A stretch of DNA of 64,000 bases from an uncultured Acidobacteriota bacterium (GTDB lineage Bacteria > Acidobacteriota > Terriglobia > UBA7540): the NCBI GenBank assembly GCA_963804995.1, contig CAWDSK010000003.1, positions 1,568,001-1,632,000 on the forward strand, in the 5' to 3' direction. Both the position numbers and the translations under genes were made by a program. Below the pieces are notes generated by a model, which was not told the origin of the DNA, did not search any database, and saw only the letters and a program-made list of their open reading frames with translations. The first letter of the stretch is position 1, and each line of letters starts with the position of its first letter. This document shows, piece after piece, positions 10,386-20,025 of the stretch.

Positions 10386-11099
10386 TCACATGCGAGCTTC
10401 AACCTGATTGACCACCGCCTTCAGGGCCTTGATGCGCGCCCACCATTTCCAGTTCCCCTCTATGATGGTCCAAGGAGCGCATTCGGTGTCGGTCTTGTCG
10501 AACATCTCTTCCAGGGCTTCGATGTAATCATCCCACTTTTCTCTGTTGCGCCAGTCTTCCTCGGTTAGTTTCCAATTCTTCCAGGGATCCTTCTCGCGCT
10601 TCTTGAAGCGGTCGAGCTGCTCTTTTTTGGAGATGTGAATCCAGAACTTAACCAGAATCAGGCCGTCGTCGGCCAAGGTGCGCTCAAATTCGTTGATCTC
10701 GCGGTAGGCGCGCTGCCATTCCTCTTTTTTCGCAAACTTTTCGACACGCTCCACCAGCACGCGCCCGTACCAGGTGCGGTCGAAGATGCCGATGCGGCCG
10801 CGGGGTGGCAGGCGCAACCAGAAGCGCCGCAGCCAATGGTGTGCCTTCTCCGCCGGACTGGGCGCAGCGATCGGATGCACCTCGTAGCCCCGGGGATCAA
10901 GGGCTTCGGTCAGCCGCTTGATGTTCCCCCCCTTGCCCGCCGCGTCGCAACCTTCATAGGTGATGGCCACCGCCACTCCCTTTTCGATGATCTTGCGCTG
11001 CAACTTCAGAAGCTTGAACTGATACTCTTCCAGCAGCTCTTCGTATTCGTCCTTTGATTCCAGTTTCTTGTCGAGATCGAGCTTGTCAAGGTATCCCAT
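10386..11099 (-). CDS. ppk2: Polyphosphate kinase 2 family protein
   Basis: EGCDAAGKGG Walker A, FDRTWYGRVLVERV, WKLTEEDWRNR. Confidence 0.92.
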   Translation of the reverse strand: MGYLDKLDLDKKLESKDEYEELLEEYQFKLLKLQRKIIEKGVAVAITYEGCDAAGKGGNIKRLTEALDPRGYEVHPIAAPSPAEKAHHWLRRFWLRLPPRGRIGIFDRTWYGRVLVERVEKFAKKEEWQRAYREINEFERTLADDGLILVKFWIHISKKEQLDRFKKREKDPWKNWKLTEEDWRNREKWDDYIEALEEMFDKTDTECAPWTIIEGNWKWWARIKALKAVVNQVEARM

Positions 11100-11247
11100 G
11101 GATTAACCTCCTGAAGGTTCGGGCGCGGGGCACAAACCCAAGTCCAGGCCCACGCCGCGCGCAGTCATTGGCGTGCCGCAATCAACAATCGAAGCCATCG
11201 AATCGTCTGGGGGCGGATTCTACCAGAAGGCTTGGCCGCGCCGCAAA

Positions 11248-11312
11248 GGGATTTGGGATTCGGGGTTAGGGGTTTGGGATTTGGGATTCGGGGTTTGGGA
11301 TTTGGGAGCGGG
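11248..11312 (+). repeat. G-rich heptamer tandem repeat (GGGATTT/GGGGTTT, about 9 copies)
   Basis: Runs of 3-4 G every 7 nt. Confidence 0.9.
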
Positions 11313-11330
11313 TGAGTAGCCACGGGGTCG

Positions 11331-11410
11331 CCGCTGATGTACGTGGCCGTGGCGGTGTGCTTTCTTGCCGTGACGCTCATGGCAGCCTACTTGCCCGCCC
11401 GGCGCGGCAA
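11331..11410 (+). pseudogene. C-terminal remnant of an ADOP/MacB-type ABC permease
   Basis: PLMYVAVAVCFLAVTLMAAYLPARR resembles the terminal TM helix plus PARRA motif of these permeases. Confidence 0.6.
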
Positions 11411-11497
11411 GTGCCTGCGCTGCTGGAAGAACCGCCCGATGAATCGGGGCGGTACAACGTGGTAGAATGCCCGCATTCCCGCTTTCGGGAGGTGCCG

Positions 11498-12004
11498 ATG
11501 CGGCCCCGATTATTTCTCCTCATCCTCGTCATACCCATGATCCTGACGCTGCCCCTGCGGGCGCAACAGAAACCTGTAGCGCCGACCTTGAGGTCGGCAC
11601 GTGTCTGTAGCGGCGCTCTACGAGCGCCGACGGCGGTCATAGACCGCCGCTACAACAATCGAAGTGCTGACCTACAGGTCAGCTCTACGTCTTATGCTGA
11701 GCTCAAAATCAGCGCTACGACAGCGATCGGAACCAGTCCCGGCATCGCCGGGAGCCCGGCAAAGCCCTTTACGCGTGAACAGGTCGAAGGCCTGGTGCGG
11801 GACGGTTTGGGAGATGATTCGGGAGCGAAGCTGACCCGAACCCTCGGACGCAGCGAACCGAAAAAAGTGCGCCGGAACCCCTCGGCGGGTGTATGGTGTG
11901 GGGCTGTTGGAAACCAGAATGATAAGAGGGCTGCCGGGTCTATGTGGCCCAGTTCACAGCAAGCACGCGCCCATTCTGTTAGGCTGCGCACAGCGAGTGT
12001 GTAA
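11498..12004 (+). pseudogene. Secreted-protein gene with an in-frame REP insertion, apparently truncated after about 11833
   Basis: TAGAAT, GGAGG and ATG; signal peptide ending AQQKP; REP block 11576-11718; then FTREQVEGLVRDGLGDDSGAKL, resembling the N-terminal domain of ORFs 61350 and 62584. Confidence 0.65.
11576..11718. repeat. Nested GTAG-REP palindromes
   Basis: GTAGCGCCGACCTTGAGGTCGGC; doublet GTAGCGGCGCTCTACGAGCGCCG-A-CGGCGGTCATAGACCGCCGCTAC; two further inverted REPs ending CTAC. Confidence 0.85.
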
Positions 12005-12013
12005 GGGGGGAAT

Positions 12014-12928
12014 ATGTGCATCAAGCCGATTCTGCTCGCCACGGTGTTATTGCTTTCCATGTTGGCACCGAACATTCTGGGTCAGGAATCCGAAACCCCA
12101 AAGACCAGAACACAGATCGGGGAAACAGTGGAGGACAACAAGAAACAGGGTGCAGAGCCGCTGACGAATGATTCCATCCTGAAACTCGTCGCGGCAGGAT
12201 TAGGTGAGGACACTATCGTCAGGATCGTGCAGAGCCAGGCTGGTGACTACTCGTTGGGCGCGGACAACATTATCGCACTCAAGAAGGCCGGCGTCTCTGA
12301 GAAGATCATCACCGCAATGCTGAACCGGCCAGCAAATGCGCTAACTCCGCGCACAGGGACTCCCGCCCATGGGATCCAGGAAGTGAGCATCCCATCCGAG
12401 CCGGGGCTTTACGCGCTACTATCAGAAGGAGCTTTGCGGCACATTGCGGGCAGGCCGACGAGCTTCACCCGCACTGGGAGTCGGCTGGCATCGGACTTAA
12501 CGGTTGGCATACACGCTCGTCGGATGAACACTCAGGTTGCCGGTGAGTCCGCATATACCACGGTCGGTCGGCGCCCAACCTTTTACTATCGCATCGCGCA
12601 AAACGCCCCGGACCAGGTAGTGCCCGGCACATTGAACTTGATCCTAACCCAGATGACCGTCAAGCCCGGTCGCCGCCAGTTCGAACTTGATGCGAACGGA
12701 ATATTTCGCCAAAGCCAGGGAATCTCAGTTCGGCACCAAGGCAACTTTGACGCGCAGGAGGTTGAGCCAGGACTGTACAGATTGCGGCCTGACAATCTCG
12801 CGCCTGGACAGTACGCATTCTTCCTTTACATTGCGGAGGGGGTAGACGCTCGCGACCGCGCGACTTCAGGCAAAGGCGCCGGAGGTGAGGCGCTACGTGG
12901 GTTCCTCTACGACTTCCAAGTTGAGTAG
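12014..12928 (+). CDS. Hypothetical secreted protein
   Basis: Signal peptide; LTNDSILKLVAAGLGEDTIV helical domain; C-terminal LAPGQYAF...LYDFQVE. Confidence 0.75.
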   Translation: MCIKPILLATVLLLSMLAPNILGQESETPKTRTQIGETVEDNKKQGAEPLTNDSILKLVAAGLGEDTIVRIVQSQAGDYSLGADNIIALKKAGVSEKIITAMLNRPANALTPRTGTPAHGIQEVSIPSEPGLYALLSEGALRHIAGRPTSFTRTGSRLASDLTVGIHARRMNTQVAGESAYTTVGRRPTFYYRIAQNAPDQVVPGTLNLILTQMTVKPGRRQFELDANGIFRQSQGISVRHQGNFDAQEVEPGLYRLRPDNLAPGQYAFFLYIAEGVDARDRATSGKGAGGEALRGFLYDFQVE

Positions 12929-13009
12929 CGGGTAGCCTTGGCGGTCAGCGCTCCCGTGATCGTGGGCTTTTCTTGAGTCTGGGCGTCCTTGTTTAAGGGG
13001 GGGTTATCG

Positions 13010-14026
13010 ATGAGCGAGATTCATTATTTTCCACGTTACTCACAACGGGAGAACGTCGTTACAAACAACACGTTACTTTTTCTATTGAGGCTCCATCAGT
13101 ACAATCGCCTCAAGTTTGAAAAATTCATGGAGAGACTGTGCGCGGAGCAGGAGGTTCAGCTAGCGAGTTCGTGGCTACAATTTCGACAGCAAAAAACAAC
13201 GGGGAAAAGTGTTGTAGATGGATTTATCGCTCAGGAAAGTATCAAGATTGCTGTGGAAACAAAACTAAGCGAGGGCTTTGATGCCGCGCAGCTTGAAAAT
13301 CACCTAGCGCTGTTCGGAACGGAACAAAACAAGCTCCTCATCCTGCTTAGTCCGTCGCTCGGCGAAATTGCGACTCAGCAGCTCGCACTTGTTCGAGATA
13401 AAGCGATGGCGCGAAACATTCAGGTCGTTCACACATCGTTTGAAGACATCGTAAAAGAGTCCCGTAGCTGCTTATCCGAGCACGACGAGGAAATGCTGGC
13501 GCTCGTTGATGACTACGAGTCCTTTTGTAGCGACATGGGTTTGTTGCCGAGGGATAAGTACACGATGTTTATACCTCCATGTCGTCTGTCGTTAGCTGCG
13601 AATACGCAGTTTCTTTTGTACTATTGCCCCATGGAACGGACTGTCCGCAAGGCTAAATATCTCGGAATCTACGCGAACAGAAGTGTTCAAGCGATCGGCC
13701 AGGTAGCGAAAATCGTAGCCTGCAATGTGAACGTCGATGACGAGACTATGACGGTAGTCGATGAAACACAACACCTCACAGACAATGAGAAATTACGCAT
13801 CCTTGGTGCATGCAGAGAAGCTCTAACGCGCGATTGGGACATAAGCGCTGGATATAGGTTCTTCCTTTGCGATGAACTGGAGGAGACAGACTTCCGTAAG
13901 ATAACGCCGGGTGGCATCATGGGACAACGCTACATCGACCTTAACAACATTTTAGGGCAAAATATTCCGATTCCAACCGATGTGTGCGAACTAGCTCAAC
14001 TGCTGGGACAGCATACGTGGGAGTAA
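13010..14026 (+). CDS. Hypothetical protein with N-terminal PD-(D/E)XK nuclease-like motif
   Basis: VVDGFIAQESIKIAVETK followed by QLENHL; visibly AT-richer than neighbouring genes. Confidence 0.65.
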   Translation: MSEIHYFPRYSQRENVVTNNTLLFLLRLHQYNRLKFEKFMERLCAEQEVQLASSWLQFRQQKTTGKSVVDGFIAQESIKIAVETKLSEGFDAAQLENHLALFGTEQNKLLILLSPSLGEIATQQLALVRDKAMARNIQVVHTSFEDIVKESRSCLSEHDEEMLALVDDYESFCSDMGLLPRDKYTMFIPPCRLSLAANTQFLLYYCPMERTVRKAKYLGIYANRSVQAIGQVAKIVACNVNVDDETMTVVDETQHLTDNEKLRILGACREALTRDWDISAGYRFFLCDELEETDFRKITPGGIMGQRYIDLNNILGQNIPIPTDVCELAQLLGQHTWE

Positions 14027-14335
14027 GGCATGTAGGCATCATGGTCACTGTTCTCATGGCCGTAGACATTTCCTTCGATGACGAACCCACGGTCAATTCC
14101 CAAGACGAATTGGCCGTGGCTGCCTCCGGGCCACACAATCTCAGGCGCCGTTCGAACGGGTGAGTGCAATCAAGACATGTAGGGGTAGGGCTCCCGACTT
14201 CGCCGGGACAGGTTGCCCTACCCGGCGTTCCGCATGGTAAATGCGGAACCAGATCGCGGGTCGTCCACCATTAAGATTGGCGGACTTTCAGCCGCGGCGA
14301 CTCCCCCTACGGCGAAAGGCCATGCGGACATCGGG

Positions 14336-14491
14336 GGTAGCGCAGGCCCCGCTCTCCGGCCCTGCGGTTCTTCGAGCGGTGCGGGTCCTTGCCGCGCCGC
14401 AAACTAGATAATCCGAATTCGGTTGGGCCGCGCCGCCAAAACCACGTCGCGGTGGAAAAGCCGCAGGGCCGGAGAGCGGGCCCTGCGCTAC
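14336..14491. repeat. REPIN-like inverted pair of GTAG REPs
   Basis: GTAGCGCAGGCCCCGCTCTCCGGCCCTGCGG ... CCGCAGGGCCGGAGAGCGGGCCCTGCGCTAC. Confidence 0.85.
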
Positions 14492-14724
14492 ATTCCTGGC
14501 AATTTTTCGGACAATTTGCTGCCCGCCTTGCATTTTTGGGCTACCGGTAGCCCGCACGCGTGTATTGCCTATTGACATAGCCCAGTCAATCAAGCGCACA
14601 ATAGAGGTTGGGAAACGGAGCACCCCGAAACGTTGGGGCGGCGTTGCCTGGGGAAGAACCCCAAAACCGGCGGAAAGGATTCATCGCAGAGGCACAGCGC
14701 AGCGGGGTCGCAACCCCAAGAGGA

Positions 14725-14860
14725 TTTCACCACAGAGGCCACAGAGGTCACGGAGAGTAGACGCAGAAAAAATTGCGGGTTAACAACCAAGGAAGCGTGA
14801 TCTCTGCCCGCGCCATCAGAAGTGCTTTTCTCTGTGGTCTCTGTGCCCTCTGTGGTGAAT
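14725..14860. repeat. Inverted element built from 9-mer (CACAGAG-core) repeats
   Basis: TTCACCACAGAGGCCACAGAGGTCACGGAG ... CTCTGTGGTCTCTGTGCCCTCTGTGGTGAA. Confidence 0.75.
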
Positions 14861-15408
14861 CTCTTCTTCGCAGGCCCTTTATCAAGCGGCCCAGTCTGGC
14901 GGCACGGGAGGCGTTCCAACTGGATTGGCTATTGCAGCTCAGGAACACGGCGACAATCGTCCGGAATGGGGCGCTGACCCGTAGAGATGTTAAAAATGAA
15001 GGTCGATCCTGGGATGTGTATGGAAACACAGGAGAGGGTGACAATTTGTCAGGCTATTGTTCGAGCTTTTTGCAGAAAATTCCGGATTTTTGTGGCAAAG
15101 AACACCAATCGAACGGGATTGTGGGCCGAAAATACGCGGATTACACCATAAATCGGGGTGAACCAGCGCCGACCTTTAGAGTCCTCTCCGAACACTTCCG
15201 GTTATCGGCGGGTTGGGGCACGAACCTGAGCTCACCAAGCGACCTGGAATTGGGCAATCCCGCACCCTCGATCGGGCGTCGCAGAGGGGCGTCAGGTGGT
15301 GGGTCAAATGGAGGACGTAGCGGCGAGTTTACTTCGCCAAAGGTGGGCGTCCCGATAGGATCGGGATGGATTCCGTCATGTCGGCATCCGGTTGGCTCAC
15401 CACCCTTT

Positions 15409-15791
15409 GCCACGATGTTTCAGATAATAAAAGGAGTTAGCGAAGAGGAGCGAAATCACGCAAAATGTATCTCATTGAAACGACAAGAGTAATTAAATCT
15501 ACAGAAATTTGCCTAGGCCCCTAAGCCACGATGTTATAGAAAGCAAAAGGGCTTAGAGCTGTGGAGAAGAAACATGGCAAAAATCTATCTGATTGAAATA
15601 AGGAGAGTTAATCGGTTCTGTCGGAAATGGAGGTAAGGAAAAAGGGGGAATTAAAAATGAAGGCTAGTCTCACGATGTTGTTGAAAACACATGTAGAAAA
15701 AATGTCAGCTTTTTGCCTTGCCACGATGTTGATGATAAATAAGGTAGTTATAATTGTAAAGCCACGATGTTTGTGAAAATAAAAGGAGTTA
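15409..15791 (+). repeat. AT-rich direct array of a ~31-bp motif GCCACGATGTT-N3-GAWAA-N-AAAGGAGTTA
   Basis: Copies at 15409, 15525, 15669, 15720 and 15761; weaker variants at 15461 and 15578. Confidence 0.8.
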
Positions 15792-16350
15792 TTGAAGATG
15801 CGGGGGAAAGGAAATAAGGAAAACTCAATTGGGAAGATTCCGGAAAAGAACAGGTGACGCGATGATTGGGGCAAAGCCCGAAGGTGCGATCGGTGTTGGA
15901 CGGAAGCTCAAAGGCGGTGATAGTTGCTGCCCTAACCGACCCGCTGCGGCCCCTTACGACAGCCACCAGTTTTCACCACGGCAACAGAAGATCGCGACGG
16001 CCCGACAGACTCGCGGCGTGCGACCAACCCCTCCGACTGAATGCCGCCCGCCCGTGAGGCATTCCCCCGCTCGGTTATCGGTGGGCTCGACGCTGACGAT
16101 AGGGGAAATTGGGTGGCCCACAACAGCAGCTTACCCCCTCACCCGTCCCGTCCCGGCTGATGAAGACGCCGGCGGCGGTCCACCCTCTCCCCTCGGAGAG
16201 GGCTATGAACTTTCGCCATGGACCGATGATCCGATGAATCAAATGCTGATTTCGAAAATCGCCAATCACCCATCGCAAATCAGAAATCAGATGATCAGCC
16301 GATCCCCGGATCATCCGGTCTCCCGATGGCCCGCGCCGCACCCCATCCTG

Positions 16351-16389
16351 AAAAGCAAAGCGCCGGTCCCCAGGAACTGGACCGGCGCT
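16351..16389 (-). terminator. Rho-independent terminator of pnp
   Basis: AGCGCCGGTCC/GGACCGGCGCT stem followed by TTGCTTTT on the minus strand. Confidence 0.75.
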
Positions 16390-16428
16390 GATGGGTACGA
16401 GCCAGGGTGTTTTCGAGATGTTCCCGGC

Positions 16429-18579
16429 TTAGGTTTTCTCTTGATGAGGTTCGGCATGCTCGGCGGGTGCAGCCTGGTCGGGCTTAGCCCCCGTCTTGGC
16501 GCGCTGGTCACGGAGCACCGCTTTGCGGCTCAACCGCACCTTGTTACCCTCCACCGAGATGACCTTGACCAGCAACTGGTCGCCCATTTTCAGCTCGTCA
16601 CGGACGTCGCGGATGCGATGTTCCGCCACTTCGCTGATATGCAGCAACCCGTCGGTGCCGGGGAAGATCTCGACGAAGGCGCCAAAATCCGCCAGCCGCA
16701 CGACCTTGCCCAGATAGGTCTTGCCCACCTCGGCTTCCGCCAGCAGGTCGCGAATCATCTTCAGCGCCTTGGCAGCAGAAGGCTCGTCGGTGGCAGCAAC
16801 GTTCACGCGGCCATCGTCTTCGACGTCGATTTTCACGCCGGTCTGCTCGATGATGCCGCGAATCACCTTGCCGCCGGGACCGATGAGTTCACCGATTTTC
16901 GCCGGATTGATCTTCATGGCGTAAATCCGCGGTGCGAAGGCGGAGATATCGGTGCGGGGCGCCGCAAGCGTTTCCAGCATCTTGCCGAGCACGTGCAGGC
17001 GCGCGGCCTTGGCCTGGGTCAGGGCCTCCGACATGATTTGGGGAGTGATGCCCGTAATCTTGATGTCCATTTGGAGAGCCGTGATGCCTTGCTGGGTGCC
17101 GGCAACTTTGAAATCCATGTCACCGTAGTGATCCTCGGGGCCCGCAATATCGGTGAGGATCGCGTATTTCTCACCTTCCTTGACCAACCCCATGGCGATG
17201 CCCGCCACCGGGGCCTTGACCGGAACCCCGGCATCCATCAGGGCGAGCGTTCCGCCGCAGACGGTGGCCATCGAAGAGGAACCGTTGGATTCCAGGATGT
17301 CGGAGACCACGCGGACGGTGTAAGGGAAATCAGCTTCTTCGGGAAGCATGCTCAGCAGGGAGCGCTCCGCCAGGGCTCCGTGGCCGATTTCGCGGCGGCC
17401 GGGCCCGCGCAGGAACGCCACCTCTCCCACGCTGAAGGGTGGGAAGTTGTAGTGGAGCATGAAGCGCTTGAACGCCTCGCCCTCCAGCACGTCGAGCCGC
17501 TGCATGTCTTCGGCGGTCCCCAGCGTGGCCGTCACCAGGGCCTGCGTCTCACCGCGGGTAAACAACGCGGAGCCGTGGGTGCGCGGCAGGACGCTGACCT
17601 CGCTCGTAATCTCGCGAACTTGATCAAAGGCGCGCCGGTCAGGCCGCTGGCGCTTCTGCACCACATCGTCGCGGAAGAGCTGCTCTTCCAAGGCGTCAAA
17701 GTAGTGGGCCACGAGGCGTCGCTTGTCCTTATCCTCCTCGGGGTAGCCTTCCACCAGCGCCTCGCGCAATTCGGCGATCTGGCGATGACTCTCCAGCTTG
17801 ATGAACTTGGAAGTGTCCATCGCTTCGTGCAGGGGCTCCTCAACCTTTTCACGAACTTCTGCGTAGAGCTTTTCGTCGCGCACGGGCGGGGTGAACGAGC
17901 GCTTCTTCAATCCCAACTTTTCGAACAGCTCCTTCTCAGCCGCCACAATCCTGCGGATTTCCTGGTGCGCGTACTGAATGGCGTCGATAATCGTCGCCTC
18001 GGAAACTTCCTTGGCGCCCGCCTCTACCATCACGATAGCGTCTTCGGTGCCTGCCACAATCAAGTTGAGCTGACTGTTCTTGATCTCGGTGTAAGTGGGG
18101 TTGGTGACCAAGCGGCCATCCACCATGCCCACCCGTACGGCGCCCACGGGCGCGTAAAAGGGAATGTCCGAAAGGTAAAGCGCTGCGGTGCCCGCCACCA
18201 GTCCAACGATGTCCGGGTTATTGTCGGAGTCGGCGGAAAGCACGAGTGCGATGACCTGGGTTTCGTCCTTGAAACCCTCCGGAAAGAGCGGCCGGACGGG
18301 CCGGTCGATCAGGCGGCTGGTGAGGATCTCCTTCTCGGTGGGCCGCCCTTCACGCTTAAAGAAGCCACCGGGAATCTTCCCGGCAGCGTAGTTGTATTCA
18401 CGGTAGTCCACGGTGAGGGGAAAGAAATCGATCCCTTCGCGGGGGTCCGTCGAGCAAGCCGTGGCCAGCACTACGGTGTCACCGTAACGCACGAAAGCAG
18501 AGCCGTTGGCCTGCTTGGCCACCTTGCCGCACTCAATTGATAGGGTATTTGACCCCAAGGTAATACTAACTTGTTCCAT
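16429..18579 (-). CDS. pnp: Polyribonucleotide nucleotidyltransferase (PNPase)
   Basis: FFPLTVDYRE, GKIPGGFFKREG, RREIGHGALAER, ESNGSSSMA, KH and S1 domains; GGAGG before ATG 18579. Confidence 0.98.
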   Translation of the reverse strand: MEQVSITLGSNTLSIECGKVAKQANGSAFVRYGDTVVLATACSTDPREGIDFFPLTVDYREYNYAAGKIPGGFFKREGRPTEKEILTSRLIDRPVRPLFPEGFKDETQVIALVLSADSDNNPDIVGLVAGTAALYLSDIPFYAPVGAVRVGMVDGRLVTNPTYTEIKNSQLNLIVAGTEDAIVMVEAGAKEVSEATIIDAIQYAHQEIRRIVAAEKELFEKLGLKKRSFTPPVRDEKLYAEVREKVEEPLHEAMDTSKFIKLESHRQIAELREALVEGYPEEDKDKRRLVAHYFDALEEQLFRDDVVQKRQRPDRRAFDQVREITSEVSVLPRTHGSALFTRGETQALVTATLGTAEDMQRLDVLEGEAFKRFMLHYNFPPFSVGEVAFLRGPGRREIGHGALAERSLLSMLPEEADFPYTVRVVSDILESNGSSSMATVCGGTLALMDAGVPVKAPVAGIAMGLVKEGEKYAILTDIAGPEDHYGDMDFKVAGTQQGITALQMDIKITGITPQIMSEALTQAKAARLHVLGKMLETLAAPRTDISAFAPRIYAMKINPAKIGELIGPGGKVIRGIIEQTGVKIDVEDDGRVNVAATDEPSAAKALKMIRDLLAEAEVGKTYLGKVVRLADFGAFVEIFPGTDGLLHISEVAEHRIRDVRDELKMGDQLLVKVISVEGNKVRLSRKAVLRDQRAKTGAKPDQAAPAEHAEPHQEKT

Positions 18580-18766
18580 ATAGTTCCTCCAGAACTCTTC
18601 GCCGAGCGCCACTCTTGGGCTCAAAGGCGGGACGTAGCATGCTCCCTCACAGGCTAGATTTGTGCGCAGCACCCTGCAAAGTCAGACATGCTGATTCATC
18701 AGGAAGTTCGGAATCGAGGTGAATGGTGACTGGATGGAAACCCTAGGCCCGGGCGGAAGGTGGTCT

Positions 18767-18805
18767 AAAAAAAAAGCGACCCACACCGGTAAACCGGGAG
18801 GTCGC
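18767..18805 (-). terminator. Rho-independent terminator between rpsO and pnp
   Basis: GCGACC-TCCCGGT..ACCGG-TGTGGGTCGC hairpin followed by T9 on the minus strand. Confidence 0.8.
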
Positions 18806-18862
18806 CTCGACCTGACACCATGTCCGTTTGTGAATGTGGAAACTTCCCCTTCAAACACCGGG

Positions 18863-19132
18863 CTACTTGCGGATGCCCAACCTGTCAATGACCTTCTTAT
18901 ATGCGTCGGGGTCGCGCCGTTTCAGATACTCCAGAAGCCTTTTGCGCTTGTTGACCATGGTCAGCAGCCCACGCCGCGAAGCATGGTCCTTGCGATGAAC
19001 ACGGAAATGCTCAGTCAAGTAGTTAATCCGCTCGCTAAGCAGCGCAACTTGCACTTCCGGAGAGCCTGTATCCTTGGGATGTACTCGGAATCGCTCTATG
19101 GTATTTACTTTAGACTCCCGGGCCAACGGCAT
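18863..19132 (-). CDS. rpsO: 30S ribosomal protein S15
   Basis: [25 protein letters not shown]; canonical rpsO-pnp order. Confidence 0.98.
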   Translation of the reverse strand: MPLARESKVNTIERFRVHPKDTGSPEVQVALLSERINYLTEHFRVHRKDHASRRGLLTMVNKRKRLLEYLKRRDPDAYKKVIDRLGIRK

Positions 19133-19161
19133 CCGCCAATCTCCTCGCTTCTCATCTCTTC

Positions 19162-19932
19162 ATGTACGCTGAAAAGATTAACATGCTCCATCATTTTTGG
19201 CAAAGAAAATTAGAGCGCTGGCATCCAGCGCAAGCTGTGCTATTATGGAACTGTGTGCTGCCGGTTCTAGGCATACTATTGAGTCGAGTTCATTCCAGGA
19301 AGTATCCACGCATCAGCGCTCGCATTCCGGTGGATTATAGCGTCGGGGAAAAGTCCGCCCGCTGCTATGCCATCACGGTGAGTGGCGGGGGCCTGTTTCT
19401 CTCCGGGATTGAAGACCTTGAACTCGAAAGGGAATTATCGCTCCGCTTCCGTCCCGCCCGGCATCTGCCCGTCATCGTGGCCAAAGCCGTCATCCGCTAC
19501 CAGGTGCCTGGGCAAGGCACGGCGGTGGAATTCACCGAGATCGACCCTGCCGACCGCCACACCTTGCTCCGCCTGATCCACCAAAAGACCGCCGACCGGC
19601 GCCTCACTCTGCGGGCCCCACTGGCAACGCAGGTGGAATGTGATCAGTGCACGGCGCTCGCCTTCTCGCGTGATGTCAGCCTGGGAGGCATGTTCGTAGA
19701 AATCGCCACCCCCCCTCCGGTGGGCGCGCGCCTCAAGGTGCGGTTCAACCTCAACGAGAAGGACAAGGTGGTCACGGTGGTGGCACACGTAGCCTATCAC
19801 GTTGCCAAGATGGGCATGGGCATCCTTTTTGCAGAAGTCGCCCCTGAAGATCATCTCGCCATAGAAGAGTACGTGCTCGGCATGGTGAGTACGCCTCCCA
19901 CCTCTCCTGGGCAGGCCAGCCCGGCGCCCTAG
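19162..19932 (+). CDS. Tandem PilZ-domain protein (true start probably downstream, near 19279)
   Basis: RKYPR...TVSGGGLF and DRRLTLR...DVSLGGMFV PilZ motifs. Confidence 0.8.
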   Translation: MYAEKINMLHHFWQRKLERWHPAQAVLLWNCVLPVLGILLSRVHSRKYPRISARIPVDYSVGEKSARCYAITVSGGGLFLSGIEDLELERELSLRFRPARHLPVIVAKAVIRYQVPGQGTAVEFTEIDPADRHTLLRLIHQKTADRRLTLRAPLATQVECDQCTALAFSRDVSLGGMFVEIATPPPVGARLKVRFNLNEKDKVVTVVAHVAYHVAKMGMGILFAEVAPEDHLAIEEYVLGMVSTPPTSPGQASPAP

Positions 19933-20025
19933 CCCCGTAGACCCTGCGGATTGATTTCAGAAGAGCGACCCATTTGTAATATTAGGATTAATTGTGGAGG
20001 GATTACCTTTGTGAGTAATTGCAAC

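Noticed and set aside
15409..15791. CRISPR array
   Set aside because: Repeats are degenerate, spacing is irregular (about 10-110 bp) and no cas gene is in the window.
15829..18540. 903-aa plus-strand ORF
   Set aside because: Antisense shadow of pnp, as expected in GC-rich DNA. The same applies to 6705-7568, 31199-32596, 41079-42383, 43778-45361 and 46889-48277.
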